A DNA stretch of 64,000 bases from an uncultured bacterium (lineage in GTDB: Bacteria; Zixibacteria; MSB-5A5; CAIYYT01): positions 320,001-384,000 of the forward strand of contig CAVSCK010000005.1 of NCBI GenBank assembly GCA_963726455.1, read 5' to 3'. A model generated the notes under the pieces. That model saw nothing but the letters and a program-made list of their open reading frames with translations, had not been told where the DNA came from and made no database searches. Shown here in pieces: positions 1 through 9,700 of the stretch (position 1 is the first letter of the stretch; each line of letters opens with the position of its first letter). A program made the position numbers and the translations under genes.

Positions 1-45
1 AGTTTGTCATATTTTCAAAACCCATACCTTTACAAGGAGTCCAGA

Positions 46-345
46 ATGAGGTGTATGAGACTGGTCGCAGTCCTGTTGGCTGCGCTATTTGTGCTGAGCG
101 CCGTCGGTCCCGTGTTTGCGGGGGATGGTCGCTTTCTTGCCCACATCGAGCAAACTTTTAGAGATCACCCCTGGCAGGATGACAACTCAAAGGACGGCAA
201 GCTCAAGGTGAAACCGTTCACGTTCGTGCTCGGTCCGTGGGTCATTAACATTAACTATTCGTTGAACTTGACCGCGCAGAAGGCGGCGCCGTCCGTCCCG
301 GCCAAAGTTAAACCGACCACAACTAAACTGGAAAAGGCCAAGTAA
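46..345 (+). CDS. Small secreted protein (99 aa), possible signalling pro-peptide
   Basis: AAGGAG at 34-39 then ATG at 46; Sec-type signal peptide MRCMRLVAVLLAALFVLSAVGPVFA; stop lies 1 nt before the next ATG. Confidence 0.8.
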   Translation: MRCMRLVAVLLAALFVLSAVGPVFAGDGRFLAHIEQTFRDHPWQDDNSKDGKLKVKPFTFVLGPWVININYSLNLTAQKAAPSVPAKVKPTTTKLEKAK

Positions 346-346
346 G

Positions 347-2551
347 ATGAGTAAAGCAGTCGCACATAGTACGGTTGCGATACTCGTCGAACTGCGTCAA
401 TACATTGACGACGGTCTCGTTCAGGAAGCTGCCCAGCGGGTAGCCGAACTGGAACAGGCCGGAATCGTCATCGATAGCAAGATTGACAAAGCTCGTTATC
501 TCGCCCTGAAAAGCGAGATACATTACCGTCGAGCCGAATACAGCAAGGCACTGTCCGAGGCACAGGAAGGATTGGCTCTGGTTAAGACAACCGGAGAGAA
601 TACCCTGATTGCCGAGCTACAGTCCACGGCTGCCCAAAGTCTTACGGAATTGGGCAGAATCGGCGAGGCGGAGAAAGTATATCGCGACCTTGTTTCGACC
701 TACCGGCGTCTGGACAACACGGTGGGAATTATCAGAAGTTTGAATCGTCTTTCCCGCGTTTATTTCATCAAGAGCCAATTCGACAAAGCGGTTGAGTGCC
801 TATTGGAGGCAGGCGATTACGCCCGCCAACATGATGACCGCAAGTGGTTGGCTAGAACCAAAGGCAACCTCGGCACCATCCTGAATCTGACTGGGGAATT
901 CCATAACGCTATCGAGTTTCTGAATGATTCGGCGGCGCTGAACAGATCGCTGGATGACCGCCTGAACCTTTGCAGAACACAGCTTTCGCTGTCGTTTGCG
1001 CAGATGCATGTACGTGATTACGCCTCAGCACAGAAGAGTCTGGCGACCGCTTCGGCGCTGATTGACAGCGGCGATTTTATTGCTGAGCGGGTCACCCTCG
1101 ACCAGTATCGTGCGCAACTGGCGCTTTTGAGATCGGATCCCGAAACCGCGTTGACATACGCGCAATCTGGGTTGCAGCGTGCGTGTGATGCTACGCGTGA
1201 GGGCGCCTCAGTCTGCCAACTTGAGCGACTGATCGCCGAGGCCTACTACAAGTCAGGCGATCTTGGGTCGGCGAAGGAATCGGCTCGTGTGGCACTTTCA
1301 CAGGCAGCCAAACTGGATCAGAAGGCCGAAATCGGCGCCTGCCATCGTTTGCTGGCACTCGTGGCTTCCGACGAAAATCGTTGTAGCGACAGCGACAAGA
1401 GCTTTGCTCAGGCAATCGCGCAATTGACGCAATGTGGCGCGCGGTTTGAGCTGGCTCTGACATATCTGGCCTGGTCGCGTCTGACCGCAGATAACAATAC
1501 CGCGTCGGAGTATCGCTATCTGGCTACCGGCATCCTGTCTTCGCTCAAGCTGTACGAGCTCTACTTGCGGCAGCCGCGGGTGAAGAGTTCTCAAGACCGC
1601 GACGAGGTAGCGCTGGTCGGCGAGGATCAGCAATTTCTCGAGCTTGTGCAACAGGCCCAGGTTTGCGCCGACAGCGATATCCCGGTGCTGTTACTCGGTG
1701 AAACGGGAAGCGGTAAAGATCAGTTCGCGCGCTTCGTACACTATCGATCAAAGCGGCGGAAACAAACCCTGGTTCAGGTAAACTGCGCGGCGATTCCGCT
1801 TGAGCTTGCCGAATCAGAACTCTTTGGCTACGAAAAAGGCGCCTTCACCAATGCGTCAGAGTCAAAGACCGGTCTGATCGAGGCAGCGGATGGCGGCACC
1901 TTGTTCCTGAACGAAATCGGTGACCTGCCGTTGAAACTACAGGCCAAGTTGCTGGCGGCATTGGAGGAGAAACGGTTCTTTAAGCTCGGCAGCACGGCCC
2001 CTCGGCGCGTCGACTTCCGTCTGGTAGCAGCGACGAACGTGGATCTGCTGCAAGCGGTGCGCGATGGAAGGTTCCGGTCGGATCTTTACTATCGACTCGC
2101 TGTCATGACGCTGAATGTCCCGAGACTGGCGGATCGTGGCAATGATGCTTTCCGGCTGTTCCGGCATTTCATGGAGCTGGAGCAGATTGAACTCGACAAT
2201 GTCAATCCGGCGATCATTAATTCTTTGCAGCAGACTTGCAGCCGCCATGATTGGCCCGGCAACGTGCGCGAGTTAAAGAATCACGTTGAACTCTTCAGCT
2301 TGACCGAGCGGCGTGATCCCGAACGTATTTGCCGCCGTCTGATCGCCAAGTTGACCCCAAAGGAAGCTGCCGTCGTCCAACCGGCAACGCAACTGACTTT
2401 GACCGAGGAGTTGGAGCTTCTGGAGAAATCCCGAATCGGCCAAGCCCTTGGCAGTTGCGGTGGAGTGATCCGGCGCGCGGCGAGTTTTCTCGGATTGCCC
2501 GAGGCAACACTGCGGTCAAAGATGAAGAAATATCGGATGAGCGCTGCGTAA
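347..2551 (+). CDS. TPR-domain sigma54-dependent enhancer-binding protein (TPR + AAA+ + Fis-type HTH)
   Basis: About 400 aa of helical TPR-like repeats; Walker A GETGSGKD, ESELFGYEKGAFTNA, GGTLFLNEIG, GRFRSDLYYRL, WPGNVRELKN; C-terminal HTH AASFLGLPEATLRSKMKKY. Confidence 0.95.
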   Translation: MSKAVAHSTVAILVELRQYIDDGLVQEAAQRVAELEQAGIVIDSKIDKARYLALKSEIHYRRAEYSKALSEAQEGLALVKTTGENTLIAELQSTAAQSLTELGRIGEAEKVYRDLVSTYRRLDNTVGIIRSLNRLSRVYFIKSQFDKAVECLLEAGDYARQHDDRKWLARTKGNLGTILNLTGEFHNAIEFLNDSAALNRSLDDRLNLCRTQLSLSFAQMHVRDYASAQKSLATASALIDSGDFIAERVTLDQYRAQLALLRSDPETALTYAQSGLQRACDATREGASVCQLERLIAEAYYKSGDLGSAKESARVALSQAAKLDQKAEIGACHRLLALVASDENRCSDSDKSFAQAIAQLTQCGARFELALTYLAWSRLTADNNTASEYRYLATGILSSLKLYELYLRQPRVKSSQDRDEVALVGEDQQFLELVQQAQVCADSDIPVLLLGETGSGKDQFARFVHYRSKRRKQTLVQVNCAAIPLELAESELFGYEKGAFTNASESKTGLIEAADGGTLFLNEIGDLPLKLQAKLLAALEEKRFFKLGSTAPRRVDFRLVAATNVDLLQAVRDGRFRSDLYYRLAVMTLNVPRLADRGNDAFRLFRHFMELEQIELDNVNPAIINSLQQTCSRHDWPGNVRELKNHVELFSLTERRDPERICRRLIAKLTPKEAAVVQPATQLTLTEELELLEKSRIGQALGSCGGVIRRAASFLGLPEATLRSKMKKYRMSAA

Positions 2552-2662
2552 CTATTCGCGTAGTGCGCGCGAACTATCGCGATTGGCGTAAGCTCCTGAA
2601 AAATCAGGAGCTTACGCAATCAAAAGCCGGTTCGCGATCAAATCGGCGCGCGAAATTCCGCG
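2546..2662. promoter_or_regulatory. Candidate upstream activator boxes (CGCG-N6-CGCG) flanking a long inverted repeat
   Basis: CGCGAACTATCGCG at 2568-2581 and CGCGAAATTCCGCG at 2649-2662, a related copy at 2546-2560, and a perfect 14-bp inverted repeat at 2586-2617. Confidence 0.45.
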
Positions 2663-2793
2663 CAAGAAAAGACAGGTGCGTTGATTTTCTGGACTCATTA
2701 ATCAAAAGGGGGCTTGCACCTCTCTTTTCTAACCCAACTTGTTACAACTGATTAAGTCCTATCCCCCAATCCAGCACGACATTCAGGTATTTC

Positions 2794-2810
2794 TTGGCAG
2801 AGCGGTTGCT
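2794..2810 (+). promoter_or_regulatory. Sigma54 (-24/-12) promoter
   Basis: TTGGCAGAGCGGTTGCT matches YTGGCACGRNNNTTGCW at all but two positions, with exact GG-N10-GC spacing; lies just downstream of an EBP gene. Confidence 0.8.
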
Positions 2811-2820
2811 TTACGTCTAT

Positions 2821-2937
2821 GCGTCGTGATAAGTAACGACAGCTCCAACACGTTTGGGATGGTACCTTTCTTCGGGAGCGAGGGTTGAGGGGATGTCGAA
2901 TCCGCCTGGTTATGCTCGGCCAGGCGGATTCAAATTT
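2821..2937 (+). ncRNA. Candidate sigma54-dependent small RNA
   Basis: Begins at the predicted +1; 5' hairpin (2823-2840), cUUCGg tetraloop (2870-2875), 12-bp stem (2898-2909/2920-2931); no + strand ORF of normal size before the convergent gene. Confidence 0.55.
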
Positions 2938-2997
2938 CGGGTAGGTCAAGAGAACTGATATCTTAATTCGCCCACTTCTCGATTACGTTCGCTTCAG

Positions 2998-3030
2998 GAA
3001 GCCCGGCCGCCAAATCGGCGGCCGGGTTTC
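2998..3030. terminator. GC-rich hairpin between convergent units
   Basis: GAAGCCCGGCCGCC-AAATC-GGCGGCCGGGTTTC. Confidence 0.75.
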
Positions 3031-3054
3031 TGTATGATTGGCAGAAAACGATCG

Positions 3055-5736
3055 TCAGATCTTGAGATTGATGCTGGCGGAAAGTGCGGCGTTAATGCGC
3101 GCCAGCGAGTCCTCAAGGTGTCCGCGCGTTATCGTGTCGAGCGTTCCGCTGGTGAGTGCATTGCTGATGGCGCCCTTCAGCGTGCGCAGGTCGACTCGAG
3201 CGAGTGTTTTGGCATCCTCAGGGACAGGTAGTTGCGTATTGGTCACCATGTCAACGAGAATGTCCAGATGGGCACGCTGCAGATTGCGGCGCATGCTGTT
3301 GACGTTCTTGCCGGCACTGACCTCCGACCAGACTGCGCGCCTGACGTCCTGAAACACATCGGTCATGGTATACACATCCTGGCCCTTGCCGTAGCGCATT
3401 TCGATATCGACCAGACGGGCAAGCGTGATCGGATTGTAGATGTGGTTGAAAGGCGTCCGCTGTACGAGCAATGCCTGGTCATGCAACGGGTAGTCGATCC
3501 TGAGAGTAGTCCAGGCCGAACCCATGAAATCGGAGTTCTTCTCGTTCTGCAGTTTGTTCAGAAACTCAGGAGAAAACTTGAATGCATCGGCTGACCAGAT
3601 GTTGTCGATAATAAACTTCATCGCCTCGCGCTGTTTGGCGGCCGGTACCGGCAAAAACGGCGATCTGCCATTCGGGTCACCGACATGGTCGCGGAAGTTT
3701 TGGATGCCGCCGATGAAGCGGGCAACGTTGTTCGCCGACAGCGAGAAACTGCTCCAGCCATAGGCAAATACCGTCCGCAGTTTGCGATAGTTCTGCCCCG
3801 GCTTTTCGTAATCCTTCTCAATCTTCGACCACAGCTCTTTGGAAAGGTCGACGCGACGTTGCCAGAATTGCAGCGGGTCGGCCGCCAAGTCGCCTTGAGT
3901 TACGTACGGGTCGATTGCGCGCGAACTGTTTCCGAAACAATCCTCGTCGGTGCCGTAGGCCAGCAGCGGTTCGGCAACGCGGGACGCGATCTTTTCCAAA
4001 CCGGCCTTCTCCGCCGGTGGATTGGCGGCGTCAAACGGCGTGTAACCATACTGGATTGTCCAGACGTCCCAGGGTCCAACCTCGGTGTTAAAGAAATCGG
4101 ACTGTGGCTTGCCGGCAGCCGCAATGTTCGGCGGCGTGTATTCCATCACCGTATTGACCACACCATTCTTGGTGACAAATGCGGGGTCGTCCAATTGCAC
4201 CTCGGTATAGACCGTCGACGCTTTGAAATTGTGCCGCAGTCCCAATGTGTGACCAACTTCATGGCAGATCATGTCGTGCAAGTACTGTTTGACATACTTC
4301 TGGGTGATGTCCGACTTGCCTTCCAGCGAGCTGCGCGCTTGCAGGAAAGCGAGCCCTGCTGCTGCCGATTTTGAGGTTTCTTCGGCGTAGTCGCAGACCT
4401 TCTCCCAATTGAAATTGCCGCCGGGAAGATCATTGATGCTGATCTTCTGAGTGCTCTGCTCGTTGGCGCTGGTGTTGCCAACCGGTTCGAGGAAGTTATC
4501 AGCGTAAGCGAAGATATTACGCAGCGTGTTGGCAACGACCATGATATCGGCGTCATAAATTTGACCGGTATACGGATTGACCCGCGACGGACCGACAGCG
4601 CCGTAAGTCTGCGCCGGCCAGATGCACCAGCGGATCACATTAAAGCGAACGTCTGCCGGATCCCAATCGGCGGTATCCGGCATCTCTTTGACGACAATCG
4701 CGTTCTTGAATCCGGCCGCTTCAAAGGCCTTATTCCAGGCCAGCACTCCTTCACGCAAGGCGTCGCGATATTCAACCGGCGTCGTGTTCTCAAGCCAGAA
4801 AACTATCGGTTCCTTCGGCTCGCTGAGAGCCGCTGCCGGATCCTGTTTTTCCAGATTCCAGTGATTGATGTAACGAACGTACGGCGTTTCAGTCGCAAGA
4901 TCGGAATAGTCCTGATAAATCGTCTGGAAAAAGCCGATCCGGTCATCCGCGGCGCGCGGATGGAAATCTCCCTGCGGTAATGCCGAAAGCGAGTAGTGAT
5001 AGGTCAGGAAGAAGCTGTACGGCGACGTCAGCGTAATGCCGCCCGCCGGCTTGTCGGAATGGTAATGCAGAACCACATCAATTTCGCTGTTCAGGGGAAA
5101 CGATTTGACAGTCCCAAAATTGGAGTTGTCCTTGTCGAATCGGAATCCCGTTTTGCCTTCGCTCCCCAGGAAATAACCAATGTTCTCGACGTCGGTGACC
5201 AGGATACTTGACGGGTCGATCAGAATTGCGCCCGAGGAATCAGGAGTGGACAGTACTACCGTGCTGCCGAGCAATCCTTGCGAAATTGAACGCGCCAGCG
5301 ATTTCGACAGTTGGGCCGTCGTGTCGGCGCGCAGACGCGCATTAGTCTGCAGAAACTGAATCTTCTTTCCGACCTGTTTGAGCTCAATCAGAAATTCATC
5401 CCGCATGACGGCGCCTTCTTGAAAAGTGCCGTCACCGGCGGTGCGCGTGATACCGCACATATACTTGGTGCCAAACTGGCTTGGCTTGACTGCCATCAGC
5501 ACCTGCAGGTCTTTCTTGTTCACATAGAAATCGAACAGACCGGGTACTTTGTCGAAGCCCTTGATCACTTCGGCAAACGGTTTCTCGGTGTCTTTCTTGC
5601 CGGCGGACGCAGCCGCGCCGACTTTCTGTTTCTTCTCTTTCTGCTTTTCCCAGTATCCCATGGCTTGAGAATTCGCAACCAGGAATAGAGAAATACCGAA
5701 TGCGAGAAGCGTCAACGTTAGCGTTAGACGACGCAT
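3055..5736 (-). CDS. Secreted zinc-dependent metalloprotease (metzincin; DUF5117/DUF4953 type)
   Basis: Signal peptide; HEVGHTLGLRHNF zinc motif; Met-turn VMEY; family motifs DDRIGFF, WNKAFEAAGF and VNPYTGQIYDADI. Confidence 0.92.
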   Translation of the reverse strand: MRRLTLTLTLLAFGISLFLVANSQAMGYWEKQKEKKQKVGAAASAGKKDTEKPFAEVIKGFDKVPGLFDFYVNKKDLQVLMAVKPSQFGTKYMCGITRTAGDGTFQEGAVMRDEFLIELKQVGKKIQFLQTNARLRADTTAQLSKSLARSISQGLLGSTVVLSTPDSSGAILIDPSSILVTDVENIGYFLGSEGKTGFRFDKDNSNFGTVKSFPLNSEIDVVLHYHSDKPAGGITLTSPYSFFLTYHYSLSALPQGDFHPRAADDRIGFFQTIYQDYSDLATETPYVRYINHWNLEKQDPAAALSEPKEPIVFWLENTTPVEYRDALREGVLAWNKAFEAAGFKNAIVVKEMPDTADWDPADVRFNVIRWCIWPAQTYGAVGPSRVNPYTGQIYDADIMVVANTLRNIFAYADNFLEPVGNTSANEQSTQKISINDLPGGNFNWEKVCDYAEETSKSAAAGLAFLQARSSLEGKSDITQKYVKQYLHDMICHEVGHTLGLRHNFKASTVYTEVQLDDPAFVTKNGVVNTVMEYTPPNIAAAGKPQSDFFNTEVGPWDVWTIQYGYTPFDAANPPAEKAGLEKIASRVAEPLLAYGTDEDCFGNSSRAIDPYVTQGDLAADPLQFWQRRVDLSKELWSKIEKDYEKPGQNYRKLRTVFAYGWSSFSLSANNVARFIGGIQNFRDHVGDPNGRSPFLPVPAAKQREAMKFIIDNIWSADAFKFSPEFLNKLQNEKNSDFMGSAWTTLRIDYPLHDQALLVQRTPFNHIYNPITLARLVDIEMRYGKGQDVYTMTDVFQDVRRAVWSEVSAGKNVNSMRRNLQRAHLDILVDMVTNTQLPVPEDAKTLARVDLRTLKGAISNALTSGTLDTITRGHLEDSLARINAALSASINLKI

Positions 5737-5996
5737 GAAGATTTCCTCCGTTGAGAGTTAGGAATTATTTCTGAGTTCTTTATTATCCAATTGGTGTCGG
5801 GTAGCTTCGCAGTCACAAGATCAAACAGTAGTAAATAGGTCTGTAAACATTCTAATGGATTCGCCGGGCAATGTCAAAGGCCATTTGAATTGCTCGTAGT
5901 GGGCACAACTACACACACTTAAATACTACGGAAAACTGGAGTATCGGTTTTGGGAAAGTGTCGCCCGTGCCGACCAGGATTTGGAGGGCAACCACC

Positions 5997-6680
5997 TTAT
6001 TTGCGGGCTGAGACGAACACAGTATCGGTTTCACAGAGTTGATCTTCGGCCATTTCGGCCCGGAACTCAGCCAAGCGCGCTGGCCAGTAGTCCCTGCGCC
6101 GGCTTTGAGAAGCAAAATGCTCCCAGGGCTCAAAGAAGTAATCAAAAGCTACGAGCTTGTCAGATCTCACTATCTCTACTGCGAATCGCATCCCGCGATC
6201 GCACAGACGCGCCGAGAGAAGTTCAGGTGTGACATATTTGAAGAGGGGATAGCCCACCTCCGCCTGCAACGCCAAGAACAGTTCTTGCGCCTTCATCGTG
6301 CGGCGTTTGGCATCGCTGCGCGGATCGTCAAGCGGCTCCTCGATCAGAACTTCTGATCGCGACACCCGAATAATCTCGTCGAGCGCCTTCTGCCATTCGA
6401 ATATGTGATGAAGTGTTGCCCTTACGACTACCAAGTCGAAGGAGTCGGCGTCGAATTTTAGTTCCCGCGCATCCATACACCGATAATCAACATTGGGATG
6501 GTCGTTTCCAGACCGGCAGCGTTGCACAAGCTGCTCAGAAACCTCAATTGCGGTAATTTGTCCACAGTGGGGGGCCAACTGCGAAGTAAACGAACCACAG
6601 CCACAGCCGATGTCAAGCACGCGATAAGGTTTGAGTTGCTTGACGCGCTCCAATAGCGGTTCATATTCTGACATGGTCAC
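5997..6680 (-). CDS. Class I SAM-dependent methyltransferase
   Basis: Motif I VLDIGCGCG; DSFDLVV...LHH; the start may be the ATG at 6674. Confidence 0.9.
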   Translation of the reverse strand: MTMSEYEPLLERVKQLKPYRVLDIGCGCGSFTSQLAPHCGQITAIEVSEQLVQRCRSGNDHPNVDYRCMDARELKFDADSFDLVVVRATLHHIFEWQKALDEIIRVSRSEVLIEEPLDDPRSDAKRRTMKAQELFLALQAEVGYPLFKYVTPELLSARLCDRGMRFAVEIVRSDKLVAFDYFFEPWEHFASQSRRRDYWPARLAEFRAEMAEDQLCETDTVFVSARK

Positions 6681-6692
6681 CCATTTTGAAGA

Positions 6693-6720
6693 TGTCCCCT
6701 CTCTTCAAAGAGAGGGGACA
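6693..6720. terminator. Hairpin after the Omp85 gene
   Basis: TGTCCCCTCTCT-TCAA-AGAGAGGGGACA, a 12-bp stem without a clear U-tract. Confidence 0.5.
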
Positions 6721-6734
6721 ATAAGCAGCTAGTC

Positions 6735-9700
6735 TTAGAATTCTGCGCCTAAGCTGAAATAGTGGTGCGGCCCGGTCGTTCTTGTAAGGTCCCAGCCCCA
6801 ACCAAGATCGTAGCGCAGCAGGAACAGACCCAGGTTCACGCGCGCGCCAAGGCCAAACCCGCTCTTAATGCCGAGCAGGTGGGTGTGGCCACCTTCTGAA
6901 GTTGCGCCTTTAAATGCAGTATTCTCGCTCCAGGCAGCGCCGGCGTCGTAGAAAACTGCGCCCGTGAGTTGCTGCAACGTCAGTGGCAGCGGGAAACCGA
7001 GCGCCAGATACTCGATAAACGGGTAACGGAACTCAAGATTCACAACACTGTACTTGGAACCCTGGAATTGGAAATAATCGTATCCGCGTAACGGGGTGAT
7101 GATCTTGGAAAAGTAGAAACCCTGCACGGTGTAGACGTCGTTATTTGTCTCAGTCGAGCCGATGTAATTGGTCGTTCCACCCAGATAATATGTCTTCCTG
7201 TTGGAGCCGAACGACGCGCCCGCGGCCGCACGGAAGGCGACCGAGTAAAGCCCTCCGATGTGCCAGTACTTGCGATAGTCCCCTTCCATAGCCCAGTAAT
7301 CACGAGACCTGCCGCCGATCGGTATGGTTCTCTCCAGCGTCAGCTTCCAGCGATTTCCGTTGAGAGGTCCCGTCGGCCCCCACAGCACGGTGTCGTCGAT
7401 CAGCGATAGGGCGCCAGTGGTAGCATCGTCACTGGAGTTGTCATACGGCGGATCGTAATAAGTGCGATCAATATATACCTGCGAGAAATCCAACTGCAGC
7501 CGTTTGTACATACTGAATGGATAGGATGTCGTCGCCAGCGCGCCGTACGTCCGATCCGAGAAAAGCCGGTTAGTCGGGTCAATGAAGTAGTTCTTGTTAT
7601 GGAAAATGCCGAAACCGAAATCAGTCCGGTAAGTGTTGTTCAAATAGATTAACTGCAAGTTCGACTGGCTCAGCGAATTTACCAGATCGGTGGAGATGAA
7701 GAACTGATGATTACCGAGGAAATCGCTGACCACCACGAATGACTGCCCCCGCAAACCGTAGAACGGATCGTAAGAAAGCCCGCCGGAGATGTAGTCGGGA
7801 GAGAACTTCGCTTTATACTTCTTGATCTTGAATTCACCGGTCGGGAGTTTGCGATAGAGCGTGTCACGCCCGTCTTCCTCGCGTTCGAGCGCCGAATACT
7901 TGAGCGTGTCAGGGGATTCCAGCGGACCGTGAGAATGCTCACCCGGTGGCGGTGTAAACACGTAGTCTGGATATTCTTCCTTCGGCTCCGGAAATTCCTT
8001 CTTCTCCTTATCGTTCAACGTCGAATCGGAAGAGTCGGCAGGCGTATCCATCTTGACAAATTCCGCGACCATTTCACCGGCGGCAAACTTCGTCTTGACC
8101 AGCGGCGCACCATCTTTGGTAACCGGCTTGATTTCCTTCATCAGGTAAATGTCGAATCCGCCCTTGAAGAACGCGGAGAACGCAATCTGATCACCGCTCG
8201 GCGACCATGACGGCGAACTCACGCCCGACAGGACATTGGTGACCGCAAACGGTACCGAGCCGTTGTTCAATTCCTTGACGTACAGGTTGTCAATGCCGTT
8301 CGTGTTGGCGACAAAGCAAATCTTGTCGGCCTTCGGTGACCACGTCGGATAGCGGCAAATGTCACCCTGCCGAGTGACAGTGTCGATAACGCCACTGGCG
8401 ATATCCATGACAAATATATTGTAGGTGCCATACCTGTAATGTCCCGCTTGCTCCGCCGATGAGGGGCGGTCAGACGAGAACGCAATTTTCGAACCATCGG
8501 GAGAGTAGCTGGCATCCTTGTCATCATAAAGATCGTCCGTCAATTGTCTCAGTTCCTTGGTCTTGGGATTGACGGTAAAAATATCACTCTGGCCATTTCT
8601 CACTGCCGAGAAGGCGATGTCCCCGTTCTTACCCCAACTGGGTGACTGGATGACGCCGAAACCCTCGCGTATCCGGTCGGAAATTCTCTTATGCTTGACG
8701 TCGTAAATCATCAGCGCGTCTTTGCCTTCAGATTTGGCGACGAATACCAAATCCTTGCCGTCCGGAGACCAACTCATGCCGGATACATAGGAATGCAACG
8801 ACTCCAAATCGCCGGAGCGCTCACCCTTGACCAGTCGTTCGAGAATCTTGCCGTCGATGGCGCTGACCAGATAAATTTCCGTGTAATCCTTCCGATCGGA
8901 GAAGATCGCAATCTTGTCGCCTTGTGGCGAGAAGACCGGCTTTTCGTTGAAGTTGGAATGATCCTTTTCGTGGTTGGTCAGTTGCTTGCCGATATCGGCC
9001 GGTTCCGAACGAATGGCAATCTCCGGCCAGTAGACCTTCTTCAAATACTTCGTGAATTTTTCAAAGAATTCGTCTTCGTTCAGCCCGATCGCGCCCTTCA
9101 TTGCGCGGGACATGGACAGAGTGCGCTTGCCGCGATTGATCAAATCGGGAATTCGTTCTGGGCCGTAGGCCTCGGAGAGATACTTGAGCGCCGCCTGTCC
9201 TTCTTTGTAGGCGAGGAAGCCGCCAACGTATTCCAGCGGCTGCAAATAGCCGTGAATTGTTGCGTCTCGCACAACCATGTCGGCGAAATAATCCCAGCCG
9301 AAGCGGGACGAGTATTCCGCATATCCCTCGGCGAACCAGAGCGGCAGGCGAAAGAGATATTGGCGCGAAGCCAGCGAGCCAAAGAAGCTGCCGTAAATCA
9401 TGTCGTAGGTCACGGCGTGCGTCAGCTCGTGATGCAGCACGTGCCGGAAATCTTCGTAGGAACCGTCGTAGGGAACGACAATTCGGTTCTTGAATGATTC
9501 CGTAAAACCGCCGACTGCTTCCGGCAGAAGATCGGGCACCACGTTGGTCTGTTGAAATTCGTTCGGCGAATTGTAGATCAATACCGGCACCCGGGTGCGC
9601 AATTTGTAGTCGAGTTGCTTGGAGATATAGACGTACGCCGACTCCATCTCCGCAATCGCATATTTCGCTAAATCATATTCGCCGTCGTAGTAGTAGACGT

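Noticed and set aside
2329-2949. ORFs 2329-2751 (+) and 2752-2949 (-)
   Set aside because: They overlap the EBP gene or the regulatory palindromes, and lack an RBS and protein-like composition.
3034-5688. Many + strand ORFs opposite the metalloprotease, and similar antisense ORFs elsewhere (8691-9497, 27418-28281, 31219-32034, 53052-54281, 54966-56057, 58070-58915, 62512-63321)
   Set aside because: Shadow frames of well-supported genes in GC-rich DNA, with no recognisable motifs.
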